From the human T2T-CHM13v2.0 reference genome, Homo sapiens, in the NCBI RefSeq assembly GCF_009914755.1, contig NC_060929.1: a DNA stretch of 64,000 bases. One strand, written 5' to 3'. Position numbers and translations under genes: made by a program. The notes beneath the pieces were generated by a model, which was not told the DNA's origin, searched no databases, and saw only the letters and a list, made by a program, of their open reading frames with translations. Within the stretch, counting starts at the first letter, position 1. Each line of letters begins with the position of its first letter. Positions 28,060 to 42,860 of the stretch are shown in pieces.

Positions 28060-28313
28060 GGCCAAGACGGGCGGATCACGAGGTCAGGAGATAGAGACCA
28101 TCTTAGCTAACACAGTGAAACCCCAACTCTACTAAAAATACAAAAAATTAGCCAGGCGTGGTGGCGCGTGCCTGTAGTCCTAGCTACTCAGGTGGCTGAG
28201 GCAGGAGAATGGCATGAACCTGGGAGATGGAGCTTGCAGTTAGCCGAGATCGTGCCAATGCACTCCAGCCTGGGTGACAGAGCAAGACTCTGTTTCAAAG
28301 AAAAAAAAAAAAA
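28060..28313 (+). mobile_element. 5'-truncated AluY-like
   Basis: 'ggatcacgaggtcaggagatagagaccatcttagctaacac', 'gagaatggcatgaacc', 'ggagcttgcag'. Confidence 0.92.
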
Positions 28314-29124
28314 CAATCCAAGCCCCAGATGAAAAGTGTAGCCCGGGCCAATACGTTGGTTTTAGCCTAGTGATGCCTTAAGCAGAAAAGTAGCCCCACC
28401 ACAGTAGACTTCACTCCCATAGAATTTCACTTCTGTATATAATAAATGGTGTTTTAAGCCACTACATTGGTGATCACCTGTTACAACAACAATAGGGAAC
28501 TAACACAGTGACAGATGCTATCTTCGTTCAGCTAGGCTGGAGCATCTGCAAGTCTCTTTTTTTTTTTTTTTTTTTTAATGCCAGTGAACTTTTTCCATCA
28601 TTACTGGTTTCCAAGTACCTTGATTGCTCTGATACATATTTTTTTTTCCCTCTTTTTTCTTTTTTCCTGTTGTTTCTTGGTCAAGAAATGAATGAACAGA
28701 GAAGCAATATGTTATGGTAGAGTGACAAATAGGGGTTATAAAGTCCAATTCTAGGCCAGCCTCTGCTTTACTGGAGTTCGTAAACTCACTCAAGTTAGGT
28801 AGCTTTTCTGGGTCACGGTTTCATCTGCAGTACACAATGAAAGGTAACTCTAATTTCCATGCCACTGTTTAGGTGCTATGACTCTATGAAATATTGATTT
28901 CACTTCTTGTATATACTAAATTATTTCTAGTAGCTTTAAAGAATAAGAAACAAGTTGAAGACAAAGAGCCAGACTCTAAATATCTTATTTATTTGAAGTG
29001 ACTTGAATAAACATACGAAAATCCTAAATGAAAGTTATGAGAGCATAAAATCAAGTTATGAAATGTGTGCTCCAGAATCCATGCACTATTCTATTCCCTA
29101 AAATTATATACATGCATATATAAA

Positions 29125-29246
29125 TTATATATATATAATATATATATTATATATATAATATATATATAATATATATATAATATATATATAATATATATAT
29201 ATAATATATATATATATATAGTGTGTGCGTGTGTGTTTGTGTGTGT
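29125..29246. repeat. Long (TA)n-type tract followed by (TG)n
   Basis: About 95 bp of A/T only, followed by TG repeats. Confidence 0.95.
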
Positions 29247-30247
29247 ATCTCTGCCAAGGGCTATTGGTCCTTGATTTTAAAAGCTGGACAAAATCCAGTT
29301 CTGAAGTGATGAGCAGAAATGTTATTCGCTTTAAATCTATAAACGATAAAGAGTGCTTAAGTGCTGGGCAACAGTAGAACAGCAAAGATATGTGAGACAA
29401 AAATTCTGATTTAATGGGGTTACATCATTGCATGTATACACTTATATGGGTGTATCTGTAATAATACTGATGTTAGCTAAGCAATATCCTATGTGAAAAA
29501 AAATGTAATGTTATAATGAGAAAACCTTCCCTTGTTGTTTCCTTTAGAGTAGACTTAACATAGATAACATAATTTAATTTTACAATAATTCAATAAGATT
29601 AAGTGCTATCATTACTCCTATTTTACAGATAGCCAAAGTGGCTAGAAATCTAAATAATTTGTGCACACTCGTATATGAAGAAAATGGTGAAAAAATAATA
29701 CAGAGACCTCAACTCTAGAACCATCCAGAATCAAGCCATTTTCCTACAATTACCTCTATTCTTTCCTAAGAAATATAAGTCAAGTATATCCAACTCTTTG
29801 TTTATTATATCTGCTTAGATACACAGTCCCAACAAACACAATTTTTTCACAACAAAATGCGTGATTTTTACTCAAATTCAGTCCTGCTTTAATGATTGCT
29901 ATTCATGTGGATGGGACATCCAGTTTATTAGCTGCACAATCTGGAAGCCACTTAAATTAATCTTAAATGAATCATTTTTCTATTCCCTCTCCCACAAAAT
30001 TCAATTTTAATACATCACTCAGTGTATTGTTTCAGCCTTTTACATATCTCGGAAATATTCGTTGTTGTCGTCTCTAAAACCACCATCTCACTGCTTGCTA
30101 CAATAACCTCTTGTGACTCTGGCCTAGACTGCTATACACCACTTCATGATTAAAGCATTGTGGTGGCTTCCTGATTCAAATGCATTTAAAAACTGAAATA
30201 TTTAAGATTGACTCAGAGCTCCAAATTATGCATTTAGTCTCTTTATG

Positions 30248-30281
30248 TCATGTGTGAAAGGTATATACCTTTCACACATGA
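30248..30281. repeat. Perfect 34-bp palindrome, no spacer
   Basis: TCATGTGTGAAAGGTAT|ATACCTTTCACACATGA. Confidence 0.97.
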
Positions 30282-30964
30282 AAAAGTGCATAGAATTTTT
30301 TACTAAAATGTCTGCCTTTTCTGATTCTCCAGGATCCTAAAATGTCAAGGAGTCTTCACTATTACACTTCCAAAAAATATTGTCTCCCTCTTTCTCTCAA
30401 TTATGCACAGACTTCCATTTACTTTGTTTGGTTCTCTTCTTTCTCTCTTCACCATTTTCTGCATCATACATCTGAACGTGTCATAGGCAGCTTCCTTAAG
30501 GACTCTATTATTCTTATTACCCTAATTGCTTTTCTGACTAGAATAAAAACAAGGAGTATAGTTGGGGTGGGGGATAGTTGAGGATGAAGTTGTTAAGCAG
30601 GCCACATGGAAAGTTCTGTTCTGGGGAGTGATAATTGCAGTGAAAAAGTGGAGTATTGACAGTGAAGATGATAAGAAGATGAACAATTTGAGAACAAGAA
30701 GAAGTAATAGGATCGCCTTTTCAATTTTTCCTATGTACATCTCTTGGCATCTAATCAAGACCTTGAGTGCTGAGAAAGTAAAGACTGTGTACATTACATG
30801 CAGATTTCGTTGTCAGGAGTCAGGCAAACACTAAACCTTGCTCAGTTTAAGTCCTCTCTCTTCTTACTATAAAGTTGTGAACACTGGCATTCTTTTTGGC
30901 TTTGATGTACCCAGTATTGCTAAAGAACAGTGTAACATTGGACACTACTCAATCTTCTACTTCG

Positions 30965-31267
30965 TTTTTTTTTTTTTTTTTTTTCTGAGATGGAGTCTTG
31001 ATGTGTTGCCCAGGCTGGAGTGCGGTGGCCTGATCTCGGCTTACTGCAACCTCTGCCTCCCAGTTCAAGCAATTTTCCTGCTTCAGCCTCCCAAGTAGCT
31101 GGGATTACAGGTGCATGCCACCATGCCAGGCTAATTTTTGTATTTTTAGTGGAGATGGGGTTTCACCATGTTGGCCAGGCTGGTCTCAGACTCCTAACTT
31201 CAGGTGATCTGCCCACCTTGGCCTTCCAAAGTGCTGGGATTACAGGTGTAAGCCACAGCTCCCCGCC
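30965..31267 (-). mobile_element. AluS
   Basis: Poly-T plus reverse-complement Alu; degenerate TSD 'atcttctacttc' / 'atcatccacttc'. Confidence 0.96.
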
Positions 31268-32825
31268 AATCATCCACTTCTTAAGATGCATTGGAAGGAA
31301 GGGTTGACATTTAAGTATATAAATTATGGGTTTTTGTCAAAAAACTTCATGCCTTCATAGCCAAAAGGACTACTGATCCCTACAAGGTATCCATGCCTCG
31401 ATTATCTTTTTTATTTATTCACACAAAGTAGTGTCATTTGCATGAGAAAGAAAAAAATGAAAATGTGACATATATCTAACTTTCAAATGGCTAAAACTCC
31501 AAATACGTATCAGAGTTCCTGGTTTGCTTGGAGATAAGTGATTTTCATTGTTAAACATTGGTATTATTCTCAAAATAAAAGGATGCTAATAAAAACTTCA
31601 TTAAAGAGGAGACAATTTGCATGTGAACAAGAAAACTTCATTCCACAAAGAAAAAGGGTTGTTTTCTGAAAGTAAAGCAAAGTGTAACAAACTTGCCTTG
31701 CTGCCTGTTACTGATTATTTTTGCACCCCTAGGAAATCAAGGGGAAAAATCTCTGATACTTTATTTCCTTCAGCTTTGTACAAAACTGAATCATCACTTT
31801 CTTTTTTGGTAACTGAAACTCCCAGAGCTACTGTTTTCTTATGGATCCAAATTCTCAGAGGTTAATTGTGTTTTTATTGAGTATCATCATAGTTGTGTTG
31901 CACTACATAAACACAATGTTAATTTTGTCCTTGGCATCATGGTTGAAAACTAGAAGGAATACCAGTAATACCAGGACAGAAAAAACAAATATACATATTC
32001 AGTGGAATTTCAATTAGCCTCCCATCCTCCATTCCCCAAGAATAAAGGACAAACATTATGTATCAGTAGATGAAGTATTACATGTATGAGAAAAATTACA
32101 TTTGAGGTTAAAAAAGCAATTGGTTATTCAAGCTCCACAAGCAAGAGAGAAACACCACTATAATAAAATGATATGTTGACATTTTTATGAAAGATGTAAA
32201 AGTATATTTGTATAGATTTTACATTATTTTTGACATAATGAATAATATATTTAACTTGTTCTTTAATATATGGAAATGTGAACATATTTATGCAAAAAGA
32301 ACAATGGTTGTGGAATAAGTAAGAATATAATTTATAGAAATAATTTATAAAAACTCATTTGGCATTTGTTTTTGACATGATTTTGTTTACTTTTCTTTCT
32401 TTTCTTTCACTGGATTGAGACTAATGATTACAGTTTTGACTCTTTAAAATAATCTGGAATCCAGATGGAAGGCAAAGCATTAATTTCTTTATTCAATTTA
32501 TCATGTAACTTCTATACCTCAAATGTACAGGTTTTTTAAAAATCAAATTTAATAATTTTATCATCACAAGGTTACTTTTCTGGAGAACCCAATAGAGATA
32601 ACACAAGTAAAATCATTTAGTGGAAAAATTGTTTTAAAATACTGTATTAAGCAAGTAAATATTTAGCAACATTATATGTAATTAAATTTTTTGAAGTTGA
32701 GCTTATCTCAAAATTATAAGATTATGAAGGCAAAACAGTGAGTTTATGTTTCACTTAATTCCAAATTTAAAATTCAGACTTATATCTATATTATGAGCAA
32801 GAAAGAGCTCTTTTCTACTTCTGAA

Positions 32826-33273
32826 TGTTGACAGGCAATTCTCCATGGGTATCTAGCAGTTCTACACATATTGGGAAGAGGCATTGATGGCATTTGTTTC
32901 AGATTCTCATTTCAAGGATGTTTGCCTAGTAAATGGCCTTGGAAGATAGAGATAATATCTCCTTTCCCTTGACAAAGATCAGGTATGTTTGCAAGCAGCC
33001 CGCTTATAAAATCGTTGGTATCCTAAACTCAGGGGTCCTTAGCTGTTACACAAAGCTACCCAGCACCGACTTGGGCTGTTTCACAGCATCCATTTGGCAT
33101 TTGGAGGGCAAGAAGAACTAACAAAGACATGCAGTTCATGCTGCCTAATACGTCATGAATGAGAAAGTCTTACGTCTGATTCGGGAGTCTCATGTTTCTA
33201 GTACCTTCTCTGAAACTTGTTAATTTGCAAGTAGGGTAAAAGGTAGGATCTCAGACACTTCACAATTCTTGAT
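32826..33273 (+). mobile_element. LTR40-like solo LTR (ERVL)
   Basis: 'tgttgacaggcaattctccatggg...ttcaaggatgtttg...ggccttggaagatagagata'. Confidence 0.72.
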
Positions 33274-33800
33274 AATTAACATTAAGTTTTTGTCTATAAT
33301 GTCCTCATTGTAAATACAGTATAAGCTGTATATGAAGTCACTTAAACATTTGTGTATACATATTTTTGTGTATTCCTTTTTTCATATAAAGGGCTATTAA
33401 ATTTTATATTCATAAAATTCCTCATGTCTTTAGTATATAGCTACAACTTAGTTAACACACTGATGTACCTATCAAGAAACAGAACATTACCAAGCCCTCT
33501 GGAAAACCCCTTTGTTCACTTCTAGTTACAAATCCGCCATCAAAGATAATGACTGCCTGAACTTAAAACATCATAGATTAATTGTGCCATCTTTTTACTA
33601 TATTACATATAGGTGCAATTATTGAACAGGTTAGCTTCAAAGTAACCACTTTGACCGCCACAGATCCTTCACCCATGCCTGAATCTGATCCCACATGGCA
33701 GCAATTAAAAAAAAAATACTTATTAGGTCATGTTAGTTCTCTGCTCAGGATCTTTCAATGCTTTTCACCATTTTTAGCCATATATTAAAACTCATTTCTG

Positions 33801-34166
<366 letters not shown>

Positions 34167-34317
34167 CTATTTCCCTTATTCCTCACTACACTACCAGCTT
34201 TATCATTTCTCTTGCTTTATCTTTTCCTCGTAGTACACAGTGTCTCCTGACATTCCTCTATAGACATTAATTTGGTTATAAGCCATCTATTTCAGTGGAA
34301 TGTAAGCACCATGAGAG

Positions 34318-35140
34318 TCTATGCTGGATGTTTTTGTGAGGTATTTGTGGATGAGATTAACATTTGAATTGGTAGAATGAGCAGGCAGATTGCCTGTTGC
34401 AATGTGAGTGGCCATCGTTTAATCAGCTGAAGGCTTGAATAAAACAAAAAACCTGAGAAAGAAGACTCTCTCTGCCTATCTTTGAACTGGGATATTGAAT
34501 TATTTCCTGCCTTTGGACTCTAACTGAAACACTGATCAGCTCTTCCTGGGTTTTGAGTTTACCAGCCTTTGGACTGGAACTACATCAGCTCTCCTTGTTC
34601 TCAGGTCTTCAGACTTTGAATTATAGCTAAACCATTGGCTCTCTTGGGTCTCTAGCCTGACAATTCATCCTAAATATCTGGGGAGTTCTTAGCTTAGATA
34701 ATCACGTGAGCCAATTCCTTAAAATAAATCCATATGTGCTATAGAAAAAATGTTTGTGTCTCCCCCAGAATTGATACATTGATATCCTAACATCTAACAT
34801 GATGGTATTAGGAGGTGGGGCTTGTGGTAGGTATAGGTCAATGAATAGGATAAATGCCCTTATAGAAGAGAACTTGGAGATCTCCCTCATTCCTTCTGCT
34901 ATGTGAGCACCTAGTAAGAAGACAGTCATCTATGAACAAAGAAGGGGCGTCTCACCTGACACCAAATCTGTCTATGTCTTGATCTTGGCCTTCCCAGCCT
35001 CCAGTGCTGTGAGAAATAAATCTGTTGTTAGTAAACCACCTAGTCTATGGTAGTTTGCTATAGCAGTCCCCAAAACTAAGACTATAGTCAGATATTATGT
35101 ATCCTTTTGGTTCTTTTTCTATGAAAAAGTCTGACTAATT
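34318..35140 (+). mobile_element. MLT2 (ERVL) LTR with a nested MLT1A-like LTR (~34737-35083)
   Basis: MLT2-like 'ggatgagattaacatttgaattggtaga...gtgagccaattcctt'; MLT1A-like 'gatggtattaggaggtggggc...cttcccagcctccag...gtgagaaataaat'. Confidence 0.8.
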
Positions 35141-35606
35141 CGGGAAGTCAAGATGACAAATCCAAAGTTTAGTATTAGCAACTGGGTATGTAGTCGTTCG
35201 ATTTATTTTGAGGTCTAGAAAGCCAGAGAAAAAGGAATTGAAAGACAAAAATTCCATCTGAGATATCTCAGGTTTTAGATGGTTATAAGGCATACAGATG
35301 ATTGATTTTTGTTTTTTCCTTATTCTATTTTAAAACTTTGAAAAGAAAAATGTGTTGCCTTTGTATTCTGCTCTGTCCTACGCGATTTTGCAGTAATACA
35401 GTTAATCCTCATAACAACCAGACAAATGAGACCTAATTGTTTTCCTGATTTTAAAGATGAGAACATAAATATTGAAATGTCTTGGTCAGACAAGGTCAAC
35501 CACATTAGGAAATGGCAGCATTAGAATCTGAGCCAAGCTTTCTTTTATGCCAAAGTGTAGCATTTAAACAATAAGGTACATTATTTCGTTTCCTTGAGTT
35601 TTTTAA

Positions 35607-36101
<495 letters not shown>

Positions 36102-36777
36102 TTGCTTATTTTTTTCAAAACCAGCTTACTTCCTGAGGTCTGTGCATGCCCTTGCCATCTCATCCTACTGTTTGTTGTTGTTGTTTTAACCTCTAACTTC
36201 CTTTTTTCATGAGTTACACATTTTATTGCACATAATCAGGAGCAAAAATGATGGCATGTGGTCTTTGGAAGCAGGTCCTTCAGTGCCTTTTTCCTCTTTA
36301 TGTTGCTTTCCTTCTTCCTTTACTTACATTTATTTATTAATTTATTTCAGTTAATGTATGGATCCCATACTCTATTAATCTTCTTAAATTTATCTTTCCC
36401 TGGATCTGATCTTCACATGGGTGAGGATCTTTGAATGTATGGAGGCATTTTTTATTTTTTCCTCCTTATCACTCTGGGCCATAAAGCTCTGCTTCTTTCA
36501 GAACATGTGCATGAGATATTTATACAGCTCTTCAGCTAAGGTTACTAATATGCAGCCCTGTGATGCCACCAGTTATAATTCTATTACTGCATTATTACTC
36601 TTTCAATTAAAAAGAAATAGTAGAAAAACAAAGCAAACAAACAAACAAAAGGCAAAATAATTGCATTTCAGAGGATGTCTGTTCCTGTGTAAGGTGCACC
36701 TGTCCTTGCTTCAAGGGGAGTGGGTTACTTTTTTTTAAGTTTTTATATTTTCAAGATTCGGGGTTTGATACAACCAT

Positions 36778-37202
36778 TTTTTTTTTTAACTTTAAATTCT
36801 GGGATACATGTGCTAAACATGCAGGTGTGTCACATAGGTATACATGTACCATGGTGGTTTGCTGTACCTATCAACCTGTCATCTAGGTTTTAAGATCCAC
36901 ATGCATTAGGTATTTGTCCTAATGCTCTCCCTCCCCTTGTCCCCCACTCCCCGACAGGCCTCGGTGTATGATGTTCCCCTCCCTGTGTCCATTTGTTCTC
37001 ACTGTTCAGCTCCCACTTATGAGTGAGAACATGTGCTGTTTGGTTTTCTGTTTCTGTGTTAGTTTGCTGAGAATGATGGTTTCCAGCTTCATTCATGTCC
37101 CTGCAAAAGACATGAATTCTTTCTTTTTAATGGCTGCATAGTATTCCATGGTATATATGTGCCACATTTTCTTTATCCAGTCTATCATTGATGGGCATTT
37201 GG
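36778..37202 (-). mobile_element. 5'-truncated L1PA 3' end
   Basis: 'gggatacatgtgc...gagtgagaacatg...tttatccagtctatcattgatgggcattt'; TSD acaaccat at 36770 and 37203. Confidence 0.95.
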
Positions 37203-38891
37203 ACAACCATATTTTTTGTTGAGTTTTGTTTCTTTAGCGGCTTAGCCGTCTCTGCTGGTTTTAGTTAGTTCCAGCTGAGTCAATGGCTCATCTTAGACTG
37301 CACTTCTACCACCAACCTCTGCAAGTAAATACTCCATAGGACTTCTGGCCTAGACCTGAGGTTGCCATGGATTCATATTGAGCAAGTGAGTTCCATGTAC
37401 ACATCCCAGTGTTTCCTCAAGTAGCCTGCACGCCCTGTCTCCACCCTCAGTTTAAGAACACCATTGAGGTTTTTGAGATGTTCTTCTTACTTTCTGCCAA
37501 AGCAAGATATCTGATAGAAGGAGAAACCCTGTATTGACTCCCTCGCTTTTTGTTTATTCCAAAATTATGCTCTGTCTGGCTGACACATTGTGAAATTTAA
37601 GGGGAAAATTAGACCTTTTCCTCATTTCACTTTCATTGTTTTTTTTTTTTTTAAATCTATTGTGTATTTCATTCATTTTGGGGGGGGGGACAAATTCTAC
37701 AAACTGCTTTAATATTGTCCTTTTTTTCTAATATTCACATTAACTTTTTATGTAAAACATACCAATGCTTTTAATAAAGCTTACATAGGAGTAAACTATT
37801 ATAGACCTGCATATATATAAGTACACATGTATTAATCTACATTAAAATAATGGATTTTATTCTGTGAAGACTCCAAGTTGCTCCTGGGTGCTAAGTGAAG
37901 CACTTAGGGAAATGTGTTCAGTCTTTGAGGTCATAGGAACATTAGATTATATCAAAGGAAACCTGGAGTCATCAGCTAAGTGGCCCTTCTGTCCTGTAGA
38001 TACATAAAAACTAATGTGCTCTGCTATGCGGCTCACTTTCTGCTATTAGATATTATGAGGCACTAAGAAAAAACTACTGCCTGCATCATACCTTTCTTCG
38101 GTTTGAGATAAAGAGATTGGCCAGAACTGTATACAAGTCATGAAAGGCCCTGGTGTACATTTTTCAAAGTAGTGCAGATTGTGTTGAAATTATCAGTTTA
38201 TCTTGCATATAAAAAAAACTTATATACACTTTGAGTAAAATATAAAAAGTGGTAAATATCAGGAAAAGTTTGTTTTACTATAGCCATTTCTTGTTCTATT
38301 CTATTTGAGTATTTGCTCTATATATTTGATATACTTCCAGAATGCATCCTATTCACAAAGCAGGCAATTACTCTATCAGTGAATACAGTTGCAGAGTCTC
38401 TCATCTATTCAGCTTCATTTGTACCTCCACTCCAGCCACTTGCAGAAATGGCGGATGCATCAAAAAGACTGGTTACAGGCCTTGCAACCTCCAAGCGGCT
38501 AATTACCAAGATGTTAAGTAAATGACCATTGCTCTTTATCATCCCCAATGGCGTATAAAAAGGATGTTAAACAGGTTCTCTCATGTTCCCCATACATTTA
38601 TTCATTCCCGTGTTAAAATACGTCTTATGGGAAAAACAAAATTCACCAAAGAATGAGGAAGCGAACATGTGTTAAAAGAGGGACTTCTGGCTAATTTTAC
38701 AAAGAAGGATAAAAATTCTCAAAATATGTGTGGGGTGGATTGTGGGGGTATTACATATTCATAGCATGCCGCAGAAATCATTTTAAGTCTATCAAAAACA
38801 ACTATATTGTGCATTTTCAAATAAGCACATATAAAAGATGAGCTATAAGAAGAGAGAAGGATGCTAAAATAAATAAGTGAAAGAGAAAAAT

Positions 38892-39356
<465 letters not shown>

Positions 39357-40844
39357 TTATTTCTTGTCCTTTCAGATAAATGATTATGCAAAAGAAGCCC
39401 AGAACTGGCACAATTTAGAAGATTTGAGGTTGCTCTCATGTGTTTGTAGGGTATGCTATCATCATCCCATAGCCTAAGGCTGTAGTACTGGACTCTCTGG
39501 AAGCAGCTCTGAATGTGATAGGATGGAGATAATTGAAGATACAAGCAGCCATTATGTGTCTGAATATTGGTTTACTAGAAGAGCTAGATGTGTAGGAGCA
39601 CATCCTTACTTGACAAATGTCTGACAGAATGACCTGGCACCATTACTGTTTTAAATGTGTAATATGCTATCTCAACTGGGACATTTTATGAAAGCTATAG
39701 GTTGTGACCTACTGTTCATTACACTTAGTTTCTGAGGTGCCAAAGATTGATGTGTGAGCCAAAGTTCATTATTGTTCTTCACTGGATCTTTGCATTTATT
39801 AGTCTGATGCTAATGGGATTCACTCTTGAGTTGGATTGATGGTCAAGGTTAGAGCCACAGATGAGCTCCTGATCTTGACCAGAAATGATTTGCCCATTGC
39901 CAATTAGAAGAAGAAAAGGGCAAGGTGGAGGTTGAACTTGGAGTTAATAGGAATAATAGATGCTGAGGGTGCAAGATGAAACTCAGTAAGATAATGCACT
40001 CTATTCTTAGACTGGCAAATTTACATAGTAGAGAGAACTTTTATCATTGTCATCCAAAGAAAATATAATCCTAAGAGAAAAAGTCCAGCTAGTTTTTTTT
40101 TTCTTTTTTGTTACCTGCTCATAGGATATAAACTTATTTCTATCACACATAGGTATCATTTTCTACACTTAAAACACTTCTTCTATTTCACACAAATGAC
40201 AAAAAATGTCCTTCAATTATTTTGACACATGATCTCTCAAGATACATATCCTTTTATATCAACTATAAGTACAAATTTAAAATTTTGATAAAAGAGAAAT
40301 AACAGGAATAAAACAAAGCAGTATTTTTTAAAACTATAGCTGTTCCCCTAAGATATTCTCACACTAAAGAATTTTTCCCACTTCTTCTCCCCCACTGAGA
40401 AGTACAGTCTTCAAAAATTAGTCCAGGTATTAGTGTTTACCAAGGAGGAATATTTGGAACAAGAATAATCTGATGCTACTTTTCATTTGTCAAGTACATT
40501 TTCTAAATTATATTCTAATAAGACAGAATATGCACATTTGCATGTCATGATTCTTACAAATATTTACTGAGTACTGTCTCCCTGTAAAGAGCTACAGTGG
40601 GATGGATTTAAGATATATGATACATAATTTTTCATCTTCAAATTGTTCACATTTTGTAGAGATAGTAACTTGTGCATAAATGACTAGAATGTTAAGTTGC
40701 TAAGTGACAAGTGACAAAAACGTTTAACCTGTAAAATCTTCCCCTTGGGAAATTGAGGAATAAAAACTTCCAACTAAAGGAACAAAGATTGTCATGAACA
40801 AAGTTGTATAAAAAATAAATTAAATGTAGGATAATAAAGGTAGT

Positions 40845-41060
40845 GTATTAAAGTGAGAAGGGTTAGGATTTCTTAGGTGACAGACTGGCTTGATTTTGTG
40901 ACTTGTGTGACGGTAGCAAGTTATGTAACACCTCTGAGTTTCCATATCTTCATCTGTGAAGTAGACATAGCTGAACCAACCACATGGAATTGTTGCAAGG
41001 GTGAAATGCAATGGTGTGTGCAAGTTGCTAGGCAGTGTTGGACTGGATCTACTATTACAC
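40845..41060 (-). mobile_element. MIR fragment
   Basis: 'tgtgtgac...caagttatgtaacacctctgagtttcc...catctgtgaa' resembles the MIR core; strand is tentative. Confidence 0.6.
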
Positions 41061-42389
41061 TATACAAATGACACTTAGAATTTTTACAGTTATGCTTAAT
41101 ATTGTCATAATTCCAGGAAATGAGAAAAATCTCAGCAGAGGTACAAAACGGGCAAGCTCTGGGCAAAATGATCTTAGTGGGTTTATTTCAAAGGATGCTT
41201 GAAAGTGATCTGTGGAAAACAAAATTGACAAAAAGTGCATGTTGAAATGGAAATTAACAGGTCTTTGAATGTTAAGACAAAGATAGCGGGCATGCTCTTT
41301 CATCTATCTATCCCTGGCCCTTAGCACACCTGGTGCTTTTCAGTGCTCCAGCTTTACGTGTTTAATCGTTTTTTTTCATTCGAAATAAATTTTCTCATAG
41401 ATATAGAAAACCAGCAGGCAATAAAATATATATTCTGAGCTGTGATTTAGTGGTATTATTACTTAGCAACAGTGTGTAGGATGAATTACAGAAAGCAAAA
41501 GTAGGGCATAATTATAATCACTAAGACTAATTATCAATATAAACTTTTGCCAGAATAATTGTAAAGATATGGAGAGGTGATGCACATGAAAAACACATTA
41601 AAAAATCCTAAGATTTTGCCAAAATAAGCTGTGTAATAAAACAAAGAGAGAAGAAATTGAAGAATATGATGAAGTTTAAATTGAAGTTCAAGGTGTTTTG
41701 CATGAAGAAAGATGAGAAATTTAAATTTGAGATATGATGAGTTTATGGTAGGAAATTGAGATACCATATTTTGCCAGTTGGACTAGACCTCACAAAAAGA
41801 CTCAAAATAAGTATGCAGAACGCATTAGTTTAGATATATTTGAAGAGACCATGGGAAAAAAGGAAAAAGGGAGGAGTTTAAAGAGTCAAACAAAAAGATG
41901 ATGGAAAGGCAGTGGGAGACATAAAAGGGAACCAGAAATCTTAAGAGGAGAAAGTGTTCTGAAGAAACACACAAAGTCAATTACTTAAAAAGTTGAGAAT
42001 CACTGGCAGTGCTGGATGATCGTGACTTTTTTCTCTATTTCAGTAAGGGGGTGATGGACATTAGAATGCAAGAGATGGATGAGGTATGGAAGTAGAAGGA
42101 ATAAATGTCAACTATTATTTTAAAAAATTTGCACAGAAGAAGCAAAGTAGGATAAGAGCTTAAAAATAAAGGTTCTGTTTATTTTCATTTTTTAGTCATA
42201 GGGAAAATGTGGGCATGTTAAAAGAAAAGCTGAATGTAAAAAGGGAATGAGAGGACAAATTGAAATAGACATGGGTTCAAATCCCAGATCCCACTGGACA
42301 TCTCTGAGGCTTACTAGACATCATCTGTAAATATAAGATAAACACCTAATATAAAATGTGTTCAGCTATAAGAAGTTTGAGTTAGTGTA

Positions 42390-42860
42390 TATGATTTTTA
42401 GAAAATCAATTTATCATATACAATAAAACATATATTAAATTAGACAGTATGATGCATATTGACAATTGTATATCCCCTGCACATTTCCATCATATATGAA
42501 AACTTCTCACATGCCCTCACCATCTCAATCCCTGATCACAGGCAACCACTGATGGAGGTTCTGTCATTATGTACAGGATATATCTTTTCTAAATTTTGTA
42601 TAAGTGACATCATACATGTGCATTATTTTGTTTCTGTCTTCTTTATCTCAGCATCTTGTTTTTTGAAATTTGTTCTTATTGAGTACATCAGTGGTCAGCT
42701 CCTTATTATTGCTTAGTGTATCTCATTTTAGGAATAATGTTCATTGAATTTATCCATTTTATCCATTATAATTTTGAGGGAAATTTGGGGTTTTTCCAGT
42801 TTGGGGCTAATATTAAAGCTGCTATGAACATTCATGTACAACTCTATGTATAGATATGTC
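42390..42860 (-). mobile_element. Old L1M 3' fragment
   Basis: 'caggcaaccactgat', 'tttccagtttggggcta...aagctgctatgaacattcatgtaca'. Confidence 0.7.

Larger units (their letters stand above)
27340..28507 (+). mobile_element. MLT1 (MaLR) LTR split by two Alus
   Basis: 'gattttgcagatgtaattaaagttact', 'cctaatcacatgagcccttaa' and end 'caatagggaactaacaca'. Confidence 0.75.
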
